From contig JAIERF010000023.1 in NCBI GenBank assembly GCA_019747075.1, positions 19,017 to 83,016 of the forward strand: a stretch of DNA of 64,000 nucleotides, in the 5' to 3' direction. Source of the DNA: Pseudomonadaceae bacterium. GTDB taxonomy: Bacteria > Pseudomonadota > Gammaproteobacteria > Pseudomonadales > Pseudomonadaceae. Below, one piece after another: positions 57,294-64,000 of the stretch (position 1 is the stretch's first letter; the number at the start of each line of letters is the position of its first letter). Made by a program: the position numbers and the translations under genes. A model generated the notes under the pieces. It saw nothing but the letters and a program-made list of their open reading frames with translations. It ran no database searches and was not told where the DNA came from.

Positions 57294-59051
57294 GTGGCAT
57301 TGACCATCCTCGGCCTGTCCGGCGCCTTGAGCCATGACCCTTCTGCGGCCCTGTACATCGACGGCAAGCTGATTGCCGCAGCAGAAGAAGAACGCTTCGT
57401 GCGCGACAAGCATGCCAAACACCGCATGCCCTACGAGTCGGCCAAGTTCTGCCTGGAACAAGCTGGGATCAAGCCGAGCGATGTTGATGTGGTAGCGATC
57501 CCGTTCGCGCCGATCAGCATCTTCGACAAAGCCCGCTGGCACTACGCCAAGCGTTACTGGTACGCGCCGGACCGCGCCCTCGATGCGATCCTGATGGGCA
57601 ACCGCCGCTACAAGCGCTACCGCACCAAGATCAACTGGTGCCTGGAGCAGCTGGGTTTCGACCTGAAAAAAGTCAAAATCGAAGCGGTTGAGCACCACCT
57701 AGCGCACGCTTCCAGTGCCTATCACTGCTCGGGTTTCAAGGAGAAAACCGCGATCCTCGGCATCGACGGCAAGGGTGAGTACGCCACCACCTTCTTCGGC
57801 TACGGCGAGAACGGCAAGATCCACAAGATCAAGGAGTTCTTCGATCCGGATTCCCTCGGTGGCCTGTACGGCGCGATCACCGAGTTCCTCGGTTTCGAGA
57901 TGCTCGACGGCGAGTTCAAGGTCATGGGCATGGCGCCGTATGGCGATGCCAGCAAGTACGATTTCTCCCGCCTGGCCACCTTCGAGAACGGCGAGCTGGT
58001 GATCAACACCGAGTACGCCAACGTTATCGGCCTGCGTCGCTACAAAGAGAAAGGCAAGGGCTTCTACTTTTCGCCCAAACTGATCGAGTGGCTGGGCCCG
58101 AAACGCGAAGGCGATATCGCCGACGATCCGTACATCCATTACGCCGCCAGCATGCAAGCGCTGTTCGAGAAGCTGGCGCTGCAGATGATGGATTACTACC
58201 TCGGGGACATCCTCAAGGAAACCGGCAAGATCGTGTTTGCCGGCGGCTGTGCGCTGAACGTCAAACTCAACCAGAAGATCATTGCCCGCCCGGAAGTCAA
58301 AGAGCTGTTCGTGCAGCCGGCTTCCGGCGATGCCGGCACTGCCGTGGGCGCTGCAGCCTACGTTTCGCACAAGCGCGGTGTACCGGTGGAGAAGATGGAA
58401 CACGTCTATCTCGGCCCTGAGTACAGCAACGAAGATGTGATCGCCGCCTGCGCCCGCCACGCCCACAAGCCGCAGTGGACGCAGATCGACAACATGCCGC
58501 AGCGCATAGCTCAGATCATGGTCGATGGCAATCCGGTGGCCTGGTTCCAGGGCCGCATGGAGTTTGGCCCGCGGGCGCTCGGTGGGCGTTCGATCATCGG
58601 TTGCCCGAGCGTGCCGGGTGTTGCTGACCGCATCAACGCGCAGATCAAATTCCGCGAGCGATGGAGGCCTTTCTGCCCGTCGATGCTCGACACGGTGGCG
58701 CCGAAGATGTTCAAGATCGATCACCCGAGCCCGTTCATGACCTTCACTTTTGAAGTGAATGACGAGTGGAAGCAGCGCGTTGGCGAAGTGGTGCACGAAG
58801 ACGGCACCTCCCGCGCCCAGGTGCTCAAGCGCGAATACAACCCGCGCTACTACGACATGATGCTGGAGCTGGAGAAACTCACCGGCAATGGCGTGTCGCT
58901 GAACACCTCGCTGAACCGCCGCGGCGAAGCGATGATCTGCTCGCCGACCGATGCCCTGGACATGTTCTTCGGTTCGGACCTTGAGTACCTGATCATGCAG
59001 GACATCCTGGTGGTCAAGGATGGCCTCAAGCGCTATGACGACGCCAACTGA
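57294..59051 (+). CDS. LPS core carbamoyltransferase (NodU/CmcH family, WapO-like)
   Basis: HDPSAAL, EEERF, HHLAHA, EFGPRALGGRS, KFRERWRPF and LNTSLN. Confidence 0.93.
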   Translation: MALTILGLSGALSHDPSAALYIDGKLIAAAEEERFVRDKHAKHRMPYESAKFCLEQAGIKPSDVDVVAIPFAPISIFDKARWHYAKRYWYAPDRALDAILMGNRRYKRYRTKINWCLEQLGFDLKKVKIEAVEHHLAHASSAYHCSGFKEKTAILGIDGKGEYATTFFGYGENGKIHKIKEFFDPDSLGGLYGAITEFLGFEMLDGEFKVMGMAPYGDASKYDFSRLATFENGELVINTEYANVIGLRRYKEKGKGFYFSPKLIEWLGPKREGDIADDPYIHYAASMQALFEKLALQMMDYYLGDILKETGKIVFAGGCALNVKLNQKIIARPEVKELFVQPASGDAGTAVGAAAYVSHKRGVPVEKMEHVYLGPEYSNEDVIAACARHAHKPQWTQIDNMPQRIAQIMVDGNPVAWFQGRMEFGPRALGGRSIIGCPSVPGVADRINAQIKFRERWRPFCPSMLDTVAPKMFKIDHPSPFMTFTFEVNDEWKQRVGEVVHEDGTSRAQVLKREYNPRYYDMMLELEKLTGNGVSLNTSLNRRGEAMICSPTDALDMFFGSDLEYLIMQDILVVKDGLKRYDDAN

Positions 59052-60165
59052 ACTGCGGGTTCTGCAGTTTTGCCACGGTTATGACGGGCCCTTTCTCGAT
59101 TGCGCCCGTCAGTACGCCAGCTTGTTCGTCGGCACGCCGTACAAGGTCACCACGGTTTACCTGACCGGCGCGCCGAGCGTCGAGGTGGAGCGTGGCTCGG
59201 CCTCTGATGAGGTGGTGTTTCTCGACTACCGTTCGCGCGATGTGCGGGGCCTGAAGCTCAAGGCTATCCGCGATATCAAGCGGCTGGTGGCTGGGCGCAA
59301 CTTCCAGTTCTGCATCGCCCATCGCTTCAAGCCGATTTATGTCGCCTTACTCGGCACTGACTTGCCGGTGATCGGCGTGCACCACGGGTTTGGCGATTAC
59401 CAGCGCCTTAGCCGCAAGCTGTTTGCCAATTGCTTCCGCAAACGCTTGGCGCTGCTCGGCGTGTCCAACGCCGTGCGCAATGAAATCCGCGCCTGCCTGC
59501 CCAGCTGGCCGGCCGAGCGCATCGAGACCCTGTACAACCGCATCGATATCGCCGCCGTGCAAGCCGAGCAGGTTTGCCGTGACGACGCCCGCGCCCATCT
59601 CGGTTTGCCGCAGGACGCCTGGGTGGTCGGCAACGTCGGCCGCCTGCACCCGGATAAGGACCAGGCGACGCTGATCCGCGGCTTCGCCCAGACCCTGCCG
59701 CAACTGCCTGCGGGCAGCCTGCTGGCGATCATGGGCAGCGGTCGCCTGGAGGCGGAGCTCAAGGCCCTGGCTGCTGAATTAGGAGTGAGCACTTCGGTAC
59801 GCTTCCTCGGCCAGGTGGCTCAGGGGCGACGCTACTTCAAAGCCTTTGACGTGTTTGCCCTGACCTCTGATCACGAGCCCTTCGGCATGGTGCTGCTGGA
59901 AGCCATGGCCGCCGGAGTGCCGGTGATTTGCAGCGATTGTGGTGGCGGGCGGGAAGTGGTCGGTGAGTCTGAGTGGCTGTTTGCGCTGGGTTCAGCGCAG
60001 GCGCTTGGGCAGCGCTTGATGCGTATGGCGATTGACAGGCCGCAGTCTCAAGCAGGCTTTGTCGAGGCGCTACACGATCGCATTGTGAACATGTTTTCTG
60101 ACTCCGCCACACGCCGCGTGTTTTGGCATTTACCGATGCTGCAGAGCATTGCGCGTGAGCAATGA
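59035..60165 (+). CDS. GT4 glycosyltransferase (WapH-like)
   Basis: VGRLHPDKDQ and SDHEPFGMVLLEAMAAG; directly follows the carbamoyltransferase. Confidence 0.88.
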   Translation: MTTPTELRVLQFCHGYDGPFLDCARQYASLFVGTPYKVTTVYLTGAPSVEVERGSASDEVVFLDYRSRDVRGLKLKAIRDIKRLVAGRNFQFCIAHRFKPIYVALLGTDLPVIGVHHGFGDYQRLSRKLFANCFRKRLALLGVSNAVRNEIRACLPSWPAERIETLYNRIDIAAVQAEQVCRDDARAHLGLPQDAWVVGNVGRLHPDKDQATLIRGFAQTLPQLPAGSLLAIMGSGRLEAELKALAAELGVSTSVRFLGQVAQGRRYFKAFDVFALTSDHEPFGMVLLEAMAAGVPVICSDCGGGREVVGESEWLFALGSAQALGQRLMRMAIDRPQSQAGFVEALHDRIVNMFSDSATRRVFWHLPMLQSIAREQ

Positions 60166-60225
60166 GCCGAAATCTTTGCGGTAACAGTGTCGTTTCACCT
60201 TAGTGCGCTTTTCATCGGGAAGGAT

Positions 60226-60945
60226 ATGGCCTTGTTTCGATACCTGAATGCCCTGTTCTGGCACCATTGGTTGCGCCGCAGAGGGGTAAAGTTTTCGGGC
60301 GATCTGCATACGCTGCGCAAGAAAGCCGTTCTGCAGGTGGAGGAGGGGGTGACCATCGGTCGGGTCCGCTTGGAGTCTCGGGACTTGAGTGTGGGGGCGC
60401 TGACTTATATCCGCAGTGGCAGTGAATTGTTCAACATCAGCCGGATCGGACGCTTCTGCTCCATCGGCAATGGCGTCATCCTCGGGCAGGATAAGGCGGC
60501 ACATCCACTCGACTGGGTCAGTACCCATCCGTTTCAGTTTACCGATAGCAATTTCCCATACGAAGGCGGCATTGCCCCCGCAGAGCTTGGCCACGATGTG
60601 TGGATCGGGCGTGATGCGATGGTCATGGAAGGGGTAAAGGTTGGAACGGGGGCGGTAATCGCTACGCGAGCGGTAGTCACCCGCGATGTACCACCCTACG
60701 CCATCGTCGCTGGCGTGCCGGCGCGTGTCATCAAGTACCGGCACTCACCAGAGCTGATTGCTGATTTGCTGGCGAGTGCTTGGTGGGATATGCCGCTAGA
60801 GCAGTTGTTGCGCCTGCCGTTGCCTCAGCCGGAGGCATTTGTTGCCGAGCAGCGCAGCTTGGAGCGCATCGAAAGGGCAGGCTATCGGCGCATGAGCCTA
60901 AGTCGCCAGGGTTGTCATGAGCTGCTGCACGAGCAGAGCAAATAA
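60226..60945 (+). CDS. Hexapeptide-repeat (left-handed beta-helix) O-acetyltransferase, CatB/Vat-related
   Basis: IGRFCSIG, HPLDWVSTHPF, LGHDVWIG and AVVTRDVPPYAIVAGVPARVIKYR. Confidence 0.87.
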   Translation: MALFRYLNALFWHHWLRRRGVKFSGDLHTLRKKAVLQVEEGVTIGRVRLESRDLSVGALTYIRSGSELFNISRIGRFCSIGNGVILGQDKAAHPLDWVSTHPFQFTDSNFPYEGGIAPAELGHDVWIGRDAMVMEGVKVGTGAVIATRAVVTRDVPPYAIVAGVPARVIKYRHSPELIADLLASAWWDMPLEQLLRLPLPQPEAFVAEQRSLERIERAGYRRMSLSRQGCHELLHEQSK

Positions 60946-60955
60946 AGGATTGTCG

Positions 60956-61912
60956 ATGAAAGTTCTATTTTTGGTGCAGAAAGAGCAGCGGGCAATCCTT
61001 GATCGTCTTTATGAGGGCGTACAGGCGCACTGTGAGTGCGATCTACGTTGGCTGTCGCGGGAGGATCAGGCGGACTTGAAGGGCTACTTCAAGCGTGAAG
61101 TTGATGTCCCTCGTTATGATCGCATCGTGTTCTTCTTGCGTTTCAAACAGGAGGTTCGGCAGGTGGGCTTTATTGCCAGCCTGCCGAATCTGGTGATCCT
61201 CGAACACGATGCTTATCAGAACTACATCTCTTGCAAATACACCGGAAAGTTTTCCCAGCACTACCGGCAATTGCCTTCGGCCCGAGTTATCAGCTCGGGT
61301 TACATGGTGGTGCAGCGTCTGCTGGCGGAAGGTGTGGATGCCTGTTTCGTGCCCAAGGGCTATGACCAGGCATTGCTGCATTGCTCGTCTGGCGAGCGGG
61401 ATATTGAGTTGGCGTTCGTCGGTAGTACCAATAGCGTGGCTTACAGCGGGCGCAAGGCGCTGCTGGATGAGTTGGCGCAGGTCGAAAACCTGGTGGTTAC
61501 CCGTACCAAATCCGGTGCGGACTATCTGGCGACCTTGAACCGCATTCGTTTCTTCGTCAGTGCCGATGTGGGTATGGGCGAGTACATGATTAAGAACTTC
61601 GAGGCCATGGCTTGTGGCTGCGTGCTGTTGGCTTTCGATCAGGGTGCGGAAGAAAACGCGGCGCTGGGGTTTGTCGATATGCACAACATTGTTCTCTATC
61701 GCAATGTGGCTGAGCTGCAGGACAAATTGCGGTTGTTGCGTAGCGACCCTCGGCTGGCTCAAACGATTGCCGAGCAAGGGCGCCAGTTGGCAGAAACGCG
61801 CTACAGCTTCGCTGAGTTGGGACGGCAAATAGTCGAAGCCATGCGTCCACCTCTGCGTGCCCCTCGTCACTTGAACTGGTGGCAGCGCTGGCGCGCGCGC
61901 CGAGCGGCTTAA
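60956..61912 (+). CDS. ssg: Glycosyltransferase (Ssg/PA5001-like)
   Basis: MKVLFLVQKEQRAILDRLY and EYMIKNFEAMACG. Confidence 0.8.
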   Translation: MKVLFLVQKEQRAILDRLYEGVQAHCECDLRWLSREDQADLKGYFKREVDVPRYDRIVFFLRFKQEVRQVGFIASLPNLVILEHDAYQNYISCKYTGKFSQHYRQLPSARVISSGYMVVQRLLAEGVDACFVPKGYDQALLHCSSGERDIELAFVGSTNSVAYSGRKALLDELAQVENLVVTRTKSGADYLATLNRIRFFVSADVGMGEYMIKNFEAMACGCVLLAFDQGAEENAALGFVDMHNIVLYRNVAELQDKLRLLRSDPRLAQTIAEQGRQLAETRYSFAELGRQIVEAMRPPLRAPRHLNWWQRWRARRAA

Positions 61913-61944
61913 CGGGGCGCGGAGCCAGTGTGCCTGGGGGGTGC

Positions 61945-63045
61945 ATGAGTATCTTGAATGTCATGTGGGCGGGGGGCGCTGCCTACCTGTCAACGCACAA
62001 AGTTCATCGCGAGATCCTGGCCTTTGCAGATGCTCAGGAGATGGTGAGCTCTTGGCTTTTGCTGCCGGGAAATTCAGCGCCGCTGCAGACGATTGGCGCC
62101 GTGGAGTCGCTTGGCTTGTCCTCGTCGCGGCTCAAGGGCCGTGGTTGGCAGGTGTTGCGACGGCTTTATGATCGGGCGCGTTTAAAGCGCCGCCTTTTGC
62201 GTGAAGCGCCGCGCTTGGTGATGCTCGATGGCATAGGTGTTGCGCGTTATTTTTTACCTTTGCTGCGCAGCCTGCCCGCGACTCAAGTGGTTGTGGTCTT
62301 CCATGGCGTCAAGCGTCTGCGAGCGGCCGAGGTAAGGCTGTTACGGGGTTTTCCTGCTCAGCGGCTACGCCTTTTGGCGGTATCCAGGACCTTGAGTGAG
62401 GACGTTGTCCGTCAGGTGCAGTTGCCTGTGCTCGGGGTTCGCAATGCGCTTGATCCAGGCTTTTTTCGCGCTGCGCTGCTGTCCCGTGACGATGCGCGCA
62501 AGGCCTTGGGTTTGGCCACGTCCTCGTCTTTGCTGTTGGGCGCCGTTGGTCGATTGGTGCCGGAAAAGGGCTTTGTCTGCTTGCTGCAAGCGGTTGCTCC
62601 GCTGCTGCAGGCTAATGCCGCCCTGCAGCTGGTGATTCTTGGCGAAGGGCCGCAGCGCAAGGAGTTAGAGGCGTTGGTAGCGGCTTATGGTTTGCAGCAA
62701 CAAGTGCTGTTGCCGGGGCACGTTGCGCAGGCCGTGAGCTGTTATCGGGCCTTTGATCTGCTCTGCATACCCTCAGAGCAAGAGGGGCTCGGCTTGGTGC
62801 TGCAAGAGGCGGTGATTGCCGGCGTTGCGGTGCTCGCCAGCGATCTGCCGGTTTTTCGTGAGCAGCTGGCTATTGATGCTGGATTTGTTGCTGGCAACAC
62901 GGCGCAAGCCTGGCAGGCTGCGATCTCGCAGGTATTAGCGGGATCAATGTCACAGCTCGCCCGTGATCAGGTTGAGGCGCTTGCCCCGGAAAGTGCTTGG
63001 GCGTCCTTTCAAACGGTGTGCAGGCAGCTGTTGCAGCGTGCCTGA
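61945..63045 (+). CDS. GT4 glycosyltransferase
   Basis: VGRLVPEKG and PSEQEGLGLVLQEA...SDLP. Confidence 0.85.
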   Translation: MSILNVMWAGGAAYLSTHKVHREILAFADAQEMVSSWLLLPGNSAPLQTIGAVESLGLSSSRLKGRGWQVLRRLYDRARLKRRLLREAPRLVMLDGIGVARYFLPLLRSLPATQVVVVFHGVKRLRAAEVRLLRGFPAQRLRLLAVSRTLSEDVVRQVQLPVLGVRNALDPGFFRAALLSRDDARKALGLATSSSLLLGAVGRLVPEKGFVCLLQAVAPLLQANAALQLVILGEGPQRKELEALVAAYGLQQQVLLPGHVAQAVSCYRAFDLLCIPSEQEGLGLVLQEAVIAGVAVLASDLPVFREQLAIDAGFVAGNTAQAWQAAISQVLAGSMSQLARDQVEALAPESAWASFQTVCRQLLQRA

Positions 63046-63654
63046 TTAGCCGTTTACTACCCCGTCATATAGGGCTTGATACGGGAAGTGCTCGAGCAGG
63101 CCTTCGTGCTTTAAATAGCGTTTGAAATGCGCAAGGTTGCGGCGAGTCTTGCTTTTCGAGATGGGGCGCCGCTGGAAGCTGAGATCCGCGATGTCGATCA
63201 GGCCGAGGCGCTGCTCCGGGGTCAGCACGATGTTGCCCAGATGCAATGAGCGGAAATAGATGCCTTTGTCATGCAAGGTATGAAAAAACGCGATGAGCTC
63301 GGGCAAAAAATCGAAGCTCGAATGCCCGGCCTGCTTGCTGAGGTCCTTGAGTGTGTGTCCAGCCAAGGCGCGATAGTGCACGGCAGTCCAGGCGCTGTCT
63401 GCCAACTGATACAAGGCCAGAGGTTCGATCGTTGGAATATCGAGGCTTTGCAGTTGTGCGGCATTGCGGCAAAAACGCACGGAGTAAGGAACCAATAATG
63501 CCGAAGAAAGCAGGCGCTTACGCCGGAACAACTTGAGGTATTCACCGTTGTCGAGGCGATAGACCTTAGGGCCATAGCTGTCTGACTCGATCAACGTGGC
63601 TTTGGCGACCAAGGCGTTGAGTTCGGCGTTATTCAGGTGTGAGCGCTGGAGCAT
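63046..63654 (-). CDS. Kinase-like LPS protein ('toluene tolerance protein', PA4998-like)
   Basis: DSYGPKV, YLKLFRRKR, GIYFRSLHLGN and LIDIAD. The start is uncertain (63654 or 63717). Confidence 0.8.
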   Translation of the reverse strand: MLQRSHLNNAELNALVAKATLIESDSYGPKVYRLDNGEYLKLFRRKRLLSSALLVPYSVRFCRNAAQLQSLDIPTIEPLALYQLADSAWTAVHYRALAGHTLKDLSKQAGHSSFDFLPELIAFFHTLHDKGIYFRSLHLGNIVLTPEQRLGLIDIADLSFQRRPISKSKTRRNLAHFKRYLKHEGLLEHFPYQALYDGVVNG

Positions 63655-63761
63655 TGGTCGTATGTCTGCTGTGCTTGGCTGTTGAGGTGGGTGTTGCGGT
63701 ATCACTCGGCTGTGCATTTTGGCACTTTCTGCCGCCCCTATGTGCACGAGCGCATCACTGT

Positions 63762-64000
63762 TCAGCGGCTCTGCAGATGTTTGCTCAGGTGATCGCACAA
63801 TGCTGGGTAATAGCGTCCGGCCATCAGGCGCAGAGGTTTATTGGCCAGCCATGCCTGCAGTTCGCTGGTACTCAACGGGCGCTTTAGGCGCTCCTCGGCA
63901 TTGCTCAAGGCCTTTTCCCACCAGACGCTTGAGCAGGCTTGATCGAACTCATTGCTGTAGCGGTAGCAACCATAGAGTGCCTCGCGGACAAACTGACGCT
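63762..64000 (-). CDS. C-terminal 78 aa of an unidentified protein entering from the right edge
   Basis: Open frame RQFVREALYGCYRYSNEFDQACSSVWWEK...YYPALCDHLSKHLQSR ending at TGA (63762-63764). It is absent from the ORF track because its start lies outside the window. Confidence 0.55.
   Translation of the reverse strand, partial: RQFVREALYGCYRYSNEFDQACSSVWWEKALSNAEERLKRPLSTSELQAWLANKPLRLMAGRYYPALCDHLSKHLQSR

Noticed and set aside
60226-60945. Possible chloramphenicol/streptogramin resistance gene (CatB/Vat similarity)
   Set aside because: It is embedded in the LPS core operon with no mobile context, and the hexapeptide fold is shared with sugar O-acetyltransferases.

Overview
Core-genome window from a high-GC Pseudomonas-like gammaproteobacterium, judged by gene content and order. 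Left to right: two acyl-CoA dehydrogenases flanking a membrane diguanylate cyclase; ponA divergent from pilMNOPQ-aroK-aroB-damX; gltBD; hemE; an orphan ParA; a universal stress protein; a thioesterase; trxC; metY; selO; mscK; a K+/H+ antiporter; a third acyl-CoA dehydrogenase; rlmJ; msrA; the c-di-GMP phosphodiesterase dipA; a secreted hypothetical protein; aceF and aceE; glnE-ilvE; and the LPS core cluster (waaF, waaC, waaG, waaP, three more kinases, carbamoyltransferase, glycosyltransferases). I saw no tRNA, rRNA, CRISPR array, prophage, transposase or defence system. The most unusual item is a 265-bp non-coding element (25172-25436) with 30-bp terminal inverted repeats, TA flanks and a branched internal fold. 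It sits between a predicted Anr-dependent promoter and the ribosome-binding site of the usp gene. Also notable are a hairpin that pairs the trxC Shine-Dalgarno with a sigma32-like -10 sequence, an apparent module swap in the LPS core cluster, an AT-enriched pil operon, and a synteny break beside ponA. Comparisons with PAO1 locus tags and gene order come from recalled knowledge and need database confirmation.
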